Assembly (NCBI GenBank): GCA_965649205.1
Contig: CBFGJV010000012.1
Coordinates: 10,971-74,970, forward strand
From: a candidate division WOR-3 bacterium
GTDB taxonomy: Bacteria > Hydrothermota > Tepidihabitantia > Tepidihabitantales > Tepidihabitantaceae
Direction: 5' to 3'
DNA: 64,000 bases
Shown here: positions 53,001-60,110 of the stretch, one piece after another
Numbering within the stretch: the first letter of the stretch is position 1
How the letters are laid out: each line of letters begins with the position of its first letter
Program-made: the position numbers and the translations under genes
The notes under the pieces: model-generated
The model's input: the letters and a program-made list of their open reading frames with translations, nothing else
Told to the model about the DNA's origin: nothing
The model's database searches: none

Positions 53001-53694
53001 TACTGCCCTGCCGAACGCATCGGCACCACCGATGGTATGTGCCAGCTGGGATGACTATGATCCTCGTTACGGCGGTGGTGTGTGGTGGTACTATGACCAG
53101 CCCAATGGTCGGCTCATCGTGCAGTACGACAGTGTGGAATATGTTGGGAGTGCTAACTGGGATAGGTTTCAGGTTATTATCTACGATACCAGTCAGACTG
53201 CGCCGTCGGGAGATAACGTGGTGGTGGTGCAATACGCCAGCGCCAACAACTACATTTCCAACACCGTAGGACTGCAGGATCCGACCAGAACCATAGCTAT
53301 TCAGTGTCTTTACAACGGTACTCGTCATCAGGCTGCGGCTCCTCTTGTGCCGAGAATGGCTATAAAGTACACTACCGCTTTGCCCACGGGTCTGGCCGAG
53401 CAGAATGCCCATGTCGGAGTTCTGCGTCGTCTGCTTCTGGCCAGTCCCAATCCTTTTCGTACGAGAACAACCATAAGTTTGTCTACGCTGAATGCGGATG
53501 GTTGTGAGCTGAGGATATACGACGCCGGCGGTCGCCTCATCCGAACTTTTGCCAAAAGTAGCAAGAGCGAACTGCTCTGGGATGGGTGCGACGAGAGCGG
53601 GCGCAGGTGTGGTCGGGGAGTGTATATCTGCCGAACAGAGGCAGGGAGTGGGTCTGTTACTTTGAAACTGGTAATGCTGGGCGGCAGGGAATAA
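50056..53694 (+). CDS. Gingipain-family (C25) cysteine peptidase with propeptide, Ig domains and FlgD/T9SS-type CTD
   Basis: Propeptide PGWPQLP; VLLVGD; catalytic YSGHG and YACLSG; C-terminal SPNPF..IYDAGGR..WDG..GVY. Confidence 0.9.
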   Translation: MRFIIVAVSVLCAIGSANEVGVWQSRSDGGVLLFENLQWEQTNLAQAGDTFILLSLAGVGSTTEPGWPQLPVLRSVIEIPFGAELELRPAFEELQEFSLEHRIYPVQPSFPKSGPAPGFVMEEKAYQADQTYSLGSRVVEIGIMRGHRLALIETYPVAYNPATGVVQTAGRVRVEVFWSGVDWATTRAQQERYDSRPYWERLQGVCVNWGQLQLVPPPDLPVGYLIIVPDAWAPNIAPLAEWRRRKGFHVFLRKLSEVGGGTATAVKNYIQNAYDNWPIPPSFVLLVGDVDRIGYFTGSGTGQPPTDLNFSLLAGNDYFPDLDLSRASVANAAQLDSLVAKIISYEQNTWIADRDWLNRAYFIASADGAYHQVAERTHQYVMAKFRSRGVVCDSLWLYYRQGTDINTAVNSGRAWVTYSGHGDVNCWADPSPKFTITEVRALSNLDKVPYVQTYACLSGNYTSTSYPECFSESWIRAGRRGGIAHIASTVTSYWTEDDTLERRVFDCMLDSSFFWVMGGFNKAKLIYYRQMGASGMTRRYFEMYNMMGDGAIDVYSSRPESLYVSHPSVVPLGSSHMFVSVQSAAGPVRNALVCITARTDTTVFVSGYTDGAGQVFFNLNLLIPDTLYVTVSGHNLATYRGVALAIPMSGAYVVWCRAEPDDSLGGNNDRIINPGETINLKLWLKNWGQARAEGIEARLRTTDPNLVLLDSIKYFDDIPAGDSVYSGPDGFDFVVANSCTNGYRLLFTVNVRDYRDSTWQSLLALPVGAPALIYSGCETYDRLPGGNGNRMLDPGEEADLIITLRNAGKGKAYEVSGILRSGDARLTVLDSLCFFGTIPEETTGNNNADRVRVSAALSIPRQTMITCTLLVSYGDEMRVFPLDLPVGFLRQIDPIPDGPRTPALYYAYDAIDTLYDEAPVYAWLDIRGTGTRLSLADDQTVTLSLPAGFGYWRYYGVSYDRISICSNGWVAPGSTSYTAYSNTALPNASAPPMVCASWDDYDPRYGGGVWWYYDQPNGRLIVQYDSVEYVGSANWDRFQVIIYDTSQTAPSGDNVVVVQYASANNYISNTVGLQDPTRTIAIQCLYNGTRHQAAAPLVPRMAIKYTTALPTGLAEQNAHVGVLRRLLLASPNPFRTRTTISLSTLNADGCELRIYDAGGRLIRTFAKSSKSELLWDGCDESGRRCGRGVYICRTEAGSGSVTLKLVMLGGRE

Positions 53695-53743
53695 AGAGTG
53701 AAAAGCGATAGGCAAATTTGAACCATAGGAGAACGGAGGAACT

Positions 53744-54604
53744 ATGAAAGAGATAAAGCATGTAGGCGTAGTCGGCGCCGGCACCATGGGCAATGGTATT
53801 GCCCAGGTATTTGCCATGGCGGGATGGGAAGTGACGATGACAGATGTGGACCAGAAGTTCTTGGACAGAGGGCTGGCCACGGTGAAGAAATTCCTGGATA
53901 AACTGGTGGAGAAGGGCAAGATGACTGCAGAAGCCGAAAACGCCACTCTAGCCCGCATCAAGACCACCCTCAAACTGGAAGACTGTGGGGCGTGTGACCT
54001 GGTGGTGGAAGCGGCTCCGGAGAATGTGGAGTTGAAAAAACAGATATTCTCCACCCTGGATAAGGTGTGCGCGGCAGAGGCGATTCTGGCTACAAATACT
54101 TCTACCATCTCCGTGACAGAGATTGCGGCGGCCACAAAAAGACCGGACAAGGTGGCAGGAATGCATTTCATGAACCCAGTACCGCTGATGCAGCTGGTAG
54201 AAGTGGTACGCGGGCTGGCCAGTTCGGAAGAGACGGTAGCGACTATCGTCGAGCTGTCCAAGAAACTGGGCAAGACGCCGGTGGTGGTGAACGATTCACC
54301 CGGGTTTGTGTCCAACCGTGTGCTGCTGCCGATGATAAACGAGGCGATATACTGTCTGGAAACAGGCGTGGCAGACAAAGAGGCCATAGATGCGGTAATG
54401 AAGCTCGGTATGAATCATCCTCTGGGTCCTTTGGCCCTTGCCGACCTTATTGGTTTGGATGTGTGTCTGGCTATACTGAATGTATTGCATCGGGACCTGG
54501 GAGACCCCAAGTATCGACCCTGTCCTCTGCTGAAGCGGATGGTCGCAGCCGGATACTTGGGACGAAAGACCGGCAAAGGATTCTACGACTACCAGCAGAA
54601 ATAG
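53744..54604 (+). CDS. hbd: 3-hydroxybutyryl-CoA dehydrogenase
   Basis: [32 protein letters not shown] and GRKTGKGFY motifs. Confidence 0.95.
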   Translation: MKEIKHVGVVGAGTMGNGIAQVFAMAGWEVTMTDVDQKFLDRGLATVKKFLDKLVEKGKMTAEAENATLARIKTTLKLEDCGACDLVVEAAPENVELKKQIFSTLDKVCAAEAILATNTSTISVTEIAAATKRPDKVAGMHFMNPVPLMQLVEVVRGLASSEETVATIVELSKKLGKTPVVVNDSPGFVSNRVLLPMINEAIYCLETGVADKEAIDAVMKLGMNHPLGPLALADLIGLDVCLAILNVLHRDLGDPKYRPCPLLKRMVAAGYLGRKTGKGFYDYQQK

Positions 54605-54676
54605 CTGCTAGACAGACCGGTTTGAAACACAACGGGGCGGCTTTGGGCCGCCCCGCTCTGTATCAGGCTATTGTTC

Positions 54677-55150
54677 TTACTTTGGCCGGAAATGCAGGAT
54701 GTCGGTAATGGCGCCCTCCCGCTTGGCCTGAGGTTTCAGGACTGGGGTTACTTTCATACCGATGTATATGCCTTCCGGCTCCACTTCGGATAGAAGATGA
54801 ACCATACTGGTAGTCGCACCGTCCAGTTTAATCAGGCCCACCAGGACCGGTTTCTCTAGCGGCTTGCCATCCAGCCCAATGTACACCTCAGTCCAGGACT
54901 CCAGGGTACCGGAGGGGCCGACTTTTACCCAGTCGGCAGATTCCACCATACACTTCTCGCAATAGAGTTTTGGTGGAACATATACCTCTCCGCACTCCGG
55001 ACAAGGCGAGGCAAGAAACTGCCCCTTCTCTTTTAGAGTTTTGAAGAAGCGGTCACCGGCCGCGCCAGCTGTGTAAAGGCTTTGCACCGGAAGTTCACCA
55101 TACCAGGTGCCGGCTAATCCGGGCCTTGCGATTCTTTCCTTGAGTGGCAT
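54677..55150 (-). CDS. DUF35 Zn-ribbon/OB-fold protein (ChsH2 C-terminal-like)
   Basis: CPEC..VYVPPKLYCEKC and GMKVTPV..REGAITDI motifs. Confidence 0.9.
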   Translation of the reverse strand: MPLKERIARPGLAGTWYGELPVQSLYTAGAAGDRFFKTLKEKGQFLASPCPECGEVYVPPKLYCEKCMVESADWVKVGPSGTLESWTEVYIGLDGKPLEKPVLVGLIKLDGATTSMVHLLSEVEPEGIYIGMKVTPVLKPQAKREGAITDILHFRPK

Positions 55151-55164
55151 TTTTTTCTCCCTTC

Positions 55165-55728
55165 CTAGAGTGGTTTCCAGTAAAGGATATCGGTAATGGC
55201 GCCCTCCCGTTCCTCAGCCGGCTTCCAGACAGCTTTCACCCGCATACCGCGCTTGAAAGTCTTGGGGTCAGCGCCGCCGAGAAGATGCATGATGCCCATG
55301 CCGGGGGAAGCGCCGTCTATTTCGATAACCGCAGGCACCTGCGGCTCCTTGACGCGCTTCACATCCCAAGTCACATAGCAGAGCGAGAAGGTATTGACCG
55401 TGCCGGTATCCTTGAGCTCCACCCAGCCGTCAACCGGCCGGAAGCACCATTCACAGAACATGCGGGGCGGAATCATCACCCGACCGCACTTGTGGCAGTG
55501 AACGCCAACAAGCCTGCCGTTCTTCAATTCTGCCAGATACCGGCCCATAGCTACGCCTCGGTCCCAAGTATAACGGGCATCTGCCACCCAGCGGGTGGTG
55601 CAGACTTTGCCCTCGCGCAACTCTTCATCCGTAAGTCCGGTTCCCTGCGCACCGTAGGGTGGTGCAGCCGGCACCGACCTTGGCGCCGCAGTCTTCTGTT
55701 TCCGTACCCGTGCTTTTGCCTTTGGCAT
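55165..55728 (-). CDS. DUF35 Zn-ribbon/OB-fold protein
   Basis: CHKC..MIPPRMFCEWC and GMRVKAVW..REGAITDI motifs. Confidence 0.9.
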   Translation of the reverse strand: MPKAKARVRKQKTAAPRSVPAAPPYGAQGTGLTDEELREGKVCTTRWVADARYTWDRGVAMGRYLAELKNGRLVGVHCHKCGRVMIPPRMFCEWCFRPVDGWVELKDTGTVNTFSLCYVTWDVKRVKEPQVPAVIEIDGASPGMGIMHLLGGADPKTFKRGMRVKAVWKPAEEREGAITDILYWKPL

Positions 55729-55736
55729 GATTCCTC

Positions 55737-56897
55737 CTAGATTCCGAGCACCACTACCGTGCCTACCTGCATCAGGTCGCCCCAGGCCTGGGCTACGCCT
55801 CTGCGGGCCTTGCGCGCAATCTGACGCTTGCCTGCTTCGCCCCGCAGTTGCCAGAACAGCTCGGCAATCTTCATCAGTCCGGCGGCGGCAATAGGATTGC
55901 CGACACCGAGCAGACCGCCTGAGGGACAGACCGGCAGCTCGCCGTCGCGTGCGGTGACGCCGTCTGCGGTAAGCTGGGGTGCTTCACCTTTACCGCAGAG
56001 CATCAGGCCTTCCATGTGGTGCAGCTCCTTGTAGTCAAACGGGTCATAGGGTTCGGCCACATGAATCTGGTGCCGGGGGTCAGTGATACCGGCCATCTTG
56101 TACGCCATCCGCGCCGCTTCCTCTACGTAGCGCGGGTAGCACAAGTCGCGGTTGGTCCAGTAGGCGGTGTCAAGCGCCCAGCCCACGCCTTCAATCCAGA
56201 CCGGCTTGTCTGTGACCCGGCGGGCAATGGATTCATTAGCCAGAATGACCGCAACCGCACCGTCTGATACCGGGCTTACGTCCAGTCGCTGCACCGGCCA
56301 GGCCAGCACTTCGGAGTTGAGCACATCCTCAATCGTTACGGGTGCGGCAATCTGAGCGCACGGATGGTCGAGTGCGTTGTTCTTGTTCTTGACTGCTACC
56401 CGGGCGATGTCTTCCTTGCGCAGGCCGTAGGTCGTCATGTAGCGGTTCATCTCCAGGGCGAAAATCCAGAGCAGATTTGGCTTGAGCGGCCGCTCAGTGG
56501 TATGGTCGAATATGGTGAGAAACGCACCCTGGGCATGAGGCTGGTAGGTGGACATCTTCTCTTCGCAGACAACCAGGCAGGTATCGCATATTCCGGAAGC
56601 TACATGATACCAGCCTTGAGCAACCGAGAAGACGCCGGTGCCGCCGCCCACGTATGAACGCATATAAGGCTTACCCCAGCAACCGGCACCGTCTGAGAGG
56701 TACTCGCCCTTCATGTGTACGCCGTCAAAGGTGTCGGGTGCCGTGCCCAGAGCAACACAGTCAATCTGGTCCATCTTCATTCCGCAGGAATCAAGCGCCA
56801 TCTTGGTGGCCAGCCAGGACAGCTCCTTGCCGGTCTCCAAAGCCCGGCGCACGAACTTGGTCATTCCCACTCCGACAATAGCTACTCTGTTACCCAT
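55737..56897 (-). CDS. SCP2-thiolase-superfamily protein (Ltp3-like, lacks the catalytic Cys)
   Basis: VAIVGVG, VAVKN..NA, SPVSDGA and PSGGLLGVGNPIAAAG motifs; YVGGGTG occupies the place of the CASG motif. Confidence 0.85.
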   Translation of the reverse strand: MGNRVAIVGVGMTKFVRRALETGKELSWLATKMALDSCGMKMDQIDCVALGTAPDTFDGVHMKGEYLSDGAGCWGKPYMRSYVGGGTGVFSVAQGWYHVASGICDTCLVVCEEKMSTYQPHAQGAFLTIFDHTTERPLKPNLLWIFALEMNRYMTTYGLRKEDIARVAVKNKNNALDHPCAQIAAPVTIEDVLNSEVLAWPVQRLDVSPVSDGAVAVILANESIARRVTDKPVWIEGVGWALDTAYWTNRDLCYPRYVEEAARMAYKMAGITDPRHQIHVAEPYDPFDYKELHHMEGLMLCGKGEAPQLTADGVTARDGELPVCPSGGLLGVGNPIAAAGLMKIAELFWQLRGEAGKRQIARKARRGVAQAWGDLMQVGTVVVLGI

Positions 56898-56906
56898 ATT
56901 TCCTCC

Positions 56907-58055
56907 CTATGCGGCCAGCGTTACGACCGCGGCTGAAGCGGTTGGCACTCCCCGCCATGCCTGCACCAGACAGGTGGAAGCCCTCTTTAGCTGATTGGCG
57001 CCGGCTTCGCCCCGTAACTGCTGCACTGCGCAGTACAGCCGGGCAAGACCGGACGCTTCGTACATATGACCCATACCCAAGGAGCCACCCGAAGGATTCA
57101 CCGGCAGAGTGCCGTCCCGGCCGGTAGCGCCGGTTTCAGTCATATGAGCAATCGTAGCGGCGTCACCCAGCCCTAGCGCAACCAGATGTTGTATTTCCTT
57201 ATAGGTATAGGTGTCGTCCACCTCCAGAAAATCAAAGCTGCGCGGGTTCTGAATGTTAGCCATGCGGCAGGCCAGAAGCGACGCCTGCGTGACATACTCA
57301 GGATAGCACCAGTCACGCGTTTCCAGATTGGGCGAGCCGTTACACCAGCCCACGCCGGTAATCCATACCGGTTTGGCCCGCAAAGCGCGTGCCCGGGACT
57401 CGGTGGCCAGCACAAACACAAACGCTCCATCCACCGGCTGGGCGATATCCAGCTCAGTCAGAGGCCAGGCAACCGGCTGGGCACAGGCAAAGTCATCCAA
57501 GGTCAAAAGCGCAGCCTGACCGGCAATCGGATTGGTCAGGGCATTACGGCGATTCTTGATAGCGACTGCGGCACACTGAGCCGGCGAAACCCCGGTTTCG
57601 GAGCAGAACCGGTTCATTTCCAGGCCGGCGACAAAATGGGTATTGAGCCTCAGCGGTCGGACGGTTATCGGATCCTGCGCGCAGGCGGCGATGCCGTCCG
57701 GTGTGAGCATGTTGGACGCCTTGGAATGAGCTTCGACCACGGCGGTGGAAAACTGACCGGTGCGCAACTGCATAACTGCGGCGGCGATACCGTGCAGGCC
57801 GTCACCGGCAATAGTATGCATCTGCTTCAATGCCGCGCCGAGCTGATCCGGTACATACTCGTCGAAGATACTAGTACCTTCGGCATAGTCTTCCGCGCAG
57901 GTGACGAAGGTGTCAACATCCTTGCGCGGGTCTATTCCTGCGTCGGCATAGGCCTTCACCGCGGCTTCAAACATCATCTCCTTGTAGGAAACATCCGGAG
58001 AGATGCTGCGCAACTGCGTGGCGCCGATGCCGACGACCGCGATGCGTTCTGACAT
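56907..58055 (-). CDS. SCP2-thiolase-superfamily protein (Ltp4-like, lacks the catalytic Cys)
   Basis: IAVVGIG, VAIKN..NA, QPVDGA and VNPSGGSLGMGH motifs; IAGDG occupies the place of the CASG motif. Confidence 0.85.
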   Translation of the reverse strand: MSERIAVVGIGATQLRSISPDVSYKEMMFEAAVKAYADAGIDPRKDVDTFVTCAEDYAEGTSIFDEYVPDQLGAALKQMHTIAGDGLHGIAAAVMQLRTGQFSTAVVEAHSKASNMLTPDGIAACAQDPITVRPLRLNTHFVAGLEMNRFCSETGVSPAQCAAVAIKNRRNALTNPIAGQAALLTLDDFACAQPVAWPLTELDIAQPVDGAFVFVLATESRARALRAKPVWITGVGWCNGSPNLETRDWCYPEYVTQASLLACRMANIQNPRSFDFLEVDDTYTYKEIQHLVALGLGDAATIAHMTETGATGRDGTLPVNPSGGSLGMGHMYEASGLARLYCAVQQLRGEAGANQLKRASTCLVQAWRGVPTASAAVVTLAA

Positions 58056-58130
58056 TAGACCTCCAGATTTATGTTCCTCATCATCCTTGTGTGTTGTGTC
58101 CTGTCGCCGCCGTCCTTCCCGACGTGGCGT

Positions 58131-58159
58131 AAGATACCGGACTGAACACAGGATGTCAA
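58131..58159 (-). promoter_or_regulatory. Sigma70 promoter of the thiolase/DUF35 operon
   Basis: TTGACA-N17-TATCTT on the minus strand. Confidence 0.6.
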
Positions 58160-58187
58160 GAAAGCCCGGCAGCTTGCGAAGATGCCA

Positions 58188-58216
58188 CGGAGCGGCCCGG
58201 CAGCAGGGCCGCTCCG
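58188..58216 (-). terminator. GC-rich hairpin downstream of the 123-aa gene
   Basis: CGGAGCGGCCC-N7-GGGCCGCTCCG, about 25 nt after the stop. Confidence 0.6.
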
Positions 58217-58239
58217 CGTGCGACTCAGGCGTGTCCGCT

Positions 58240-58611
58240 CTACGGCGTCGGCGCGCCGACGTTGAAGACTTGAGTGCGGATAGTTTCCAGCACCGACTGG
58301 GACAGACCGCGAGCTACCCATTTCCCGATCAGGGTAGCGGCTTCGACCGCCAAGGCGTTGCCGGACATATCAATCTGGCACAAGTGCCACATCTCTCGTC
58401 CGAAGTTCAGATAGAACGGATAGGTGATGACGGACACACCTTCCTGATCCAGAACTTGCTTCACCTGAGCTTCCATCGAAGCCAGAGAAACGAAAGTGTA
58501 GTTCACGCGTTCCAGCATCTTGGGTCGTCGTTCGGTCAGTATAGCAGAGATGCGCTCTATATTGTACTTCTTGTCCCATCCTTCTATGCGTCTGGTCGGG
58601 TCGTTTGGCAT
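58240..58611 (-). CDS. Hypothetical protein resembling the rudivirus (SIRV-type) major capsid protein
   Basis: Strong SD AAAGGAGGTG; 123 aa, helical-looking; motifs R...W..KYN, SAIL, V..VL.Q.GV, Y.NFG and SG.AL are colinear with SIRV2 MCP as recalled from memory. Confidence 0.7.
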   Translation of the reverse strand: MPNDPTRRIEGWDKKYNIERISAILTERRPKMLERVNYTFVSLASMEAQVKQVLDQEGVSVITYPFYLNFGREMWHLCQIDMSGNALAVEAATLIGKWVARGLSQSVLETIRTQVFNVGAPTP

Positions 58612-58865
58612 GGTTGTTCACCTCCTTTCTGCAGCGTGACTCGCCGCACCCCGGTTACTGTGCACGGGCGACCGCAGCGAAAAGGCTCCTGCTAGGTTCC
58701 TCCGGCTTGTGCCCGGAAAATGCGGCGGCTGCTGTCGCGAACGGGCAGTTGCTGCCCCTGCCCGCAAAATACTTGCTTCGTACCGGCGCTGCTTCTTCTC
58801 CTGCTTGTCAAAGAGCTGTCTGTTCCTGCACAGGAATATATGCTCTGTGCTGCCGAATTCGTAAA

Positions 58866-58891
58866 CAAAAACCCCGGTTTGAAACCGGGGT
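58866..58891 (-). terminator. Rho-independent terminator of the ECF/small-protein operon
   Basis: Minus strand reads AACCCCGGTTT-C-AAACCGGGGTT followed by TTTGTTT. Confidence 0.8.
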
Positions 58892-58916
58892 TGCGCAGAA
58901 GTGCTACACAATCAAA

Positions 58917-59165
58917 TCAGGGATTCTCTGGGAAGGGAAGTTTAGTGCCGGCCATTCGGCAGTACCTTTTCATCACTCTGTTCAACCGGGCAGCACCCTC
59001 CACTATCGGTGCCAGTATCTCCCGGTATGCGGGATAGCGCTTCAGAAACTTTTCCGGGGCTGGATTCTTTCCTCTCTGCACCAGGTCCAGGAACTCGTCG
59101 GCCAGTCGCTGGGCCTCGGAGTTCAAGCCTTTCTTTGCGTATTTCCAGCCATTGCCTGCTCTCAT
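58917..59165 (-). CDS. Small (82 aa) helical protein, putative ECF partner/anti-sigma
   Basis: SD AAAGGAGG before ATG 59165; LADEFLDLVQRGKNPAPEKFLKRYP motif; immediately downstream of the ECF gene. Confidence 0.65.
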   Translation of the reverse strand: MRAGNGWKYAKKGLNSEAQRLADEFLDLVQRGKNPAPEKFLKRYPAYREILAPIVEGAARLNRVMKRYCRMAGTKLPFPENP

Positions 59166-59202
59166 AAATTCCTCCTTTACCGGTTTTGGGTACCGGGCGA
59201 CA

Positions 59203-59892
59203 CTATTCTGACAGTTGTCGTCCACTGGTTATTCCTTGCTCGGCCAGGTACCCTCGTAACAAAACACAGGCATTCCTCAACTGGTATCGCACTGTGCCTT
59301 CGCTTATGTGCAAAAACCGGGCGATTTCGCAGCGATTCATGCCCCAGTAGAAAAACAGCACCGTTACAGAACGAGGCTTTTCCGGTAGCTGGCAGACGGC
59401 TTGCCAGAGTATTTCTTCGCATCTCTTGCGCTTCAGTATTTCTTTTGGGCCAGTGCAACTGGGCTCGGGGAAAACTGTTTCGATGCTCTCCGATGGAGGA
59501 TGTCGGCTCCGTTGTCGTAACTGCATGCGGCACAAATTGTCTGCTATGGTGAACAGCCAAGTGCGGAATTGCGCCCTGGTAGGGTCGAACTGAGCGAGCT
59601 GGGCGCAAGCCCGGGCCAATGTCTCTTGGGTAAGGTCCTCGGCGTCCGGGCGATTGAAGCCCCGGTGCCTGATCCAGGTATAGACTGGTCCCCGATAACG
59701 AAGCGCCAGCTCGGATAAGCATTCTTCCCTTCCTTCCAGTGCCCCTTGTATCAGCTGTGCATCGGTCATGATGCGCCTCCTGGTTCTTGCCCTGGCCCAG
59801 TAAGTCCAGCTATAGGAGTCCGGGTGTTCTTGTTCCTGGTCTGGGCAAACCGAGCCAGAGCTGATTTCCCGGACCCCCGGGGTGTCGTGCAT
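59203..59892 (-). CDS. ECF RNA polymerase sigma factor (alternative start ATG 59769)
   Basis: DAEDLTQETL, FRTWLFTIADN and EIARFLHISEGTVRYQL motifs; SD-like sequences precede both ATG 59892 and ATG 59769. Confidence 0.88.
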   Translation of the reverse strand: MHDTPGVREISSGSVCPDQEQEHPDSYSWTYWARARTRRRIMTDAQLIQGALEGREECLSELALRYRGPVYTWIRHRGFNRPDAEDLTQETLARACAQLAQFDPTRAQFRTWLFTIADNLCRMQLRQRSRHPPSESIETVFPEPSCTGPKEILKRKRCEEILWQAVCQLPEKPRSVTVLFFYWGMNRCEIARFLHISEGTVRYQLRNACVLLRGYLAEQGITSGRQLSE

Positions 59893-60011
59893 TTATTGCA
59901 CCCTCCATAACCATTATATGCCACGAAAGTCCGAATTCGTAAGAATTCATACAAAAAAGGCCTATTCAGAACTGGTTCCGAGGACAGCTTGGGCTGACTG
60001 TGCCTACTTCC

Positions 60012-60040
60012 TTGACGTATTCTTCTGCTTCTGGTATAAG
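60012..60040 (+). promoter_or_regulatory. Sigma70 promoter of the cas operon
   Basis: TTGACG-N17-TATAAG. Confidence 0.65.
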
Positions 60041-60110
60041 ATTCAAGGTGAGGTCCGAGCCGACGTTCGGAAACAAATCAGTCCCTGCTGGTGAACTTGG
60101 GGAGTAGAAT

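Noticed and set aside
52951..54387. 478-aa minus-strand ORF
   Set aside because: Antisense to the C25 protease and hbd, with no recognisable motifs.
58618..58911. 97-aa minus-strand ORF upstream of the capsid-like gene
   Set aside because: Runs through a terminator hairpin, has no SD and no motifs; treated as non-coding.
58605..59552. 315-aa + strand ORF
   Set aside because: Overlaps well-supported minus-strand genes and a terminator; composition is not protein-like.
58060..60110. Intact provirus around the capsid-like gene
   Set aside because: No integrase, att repeats, tRNA target, replication or other structural genes were identified.
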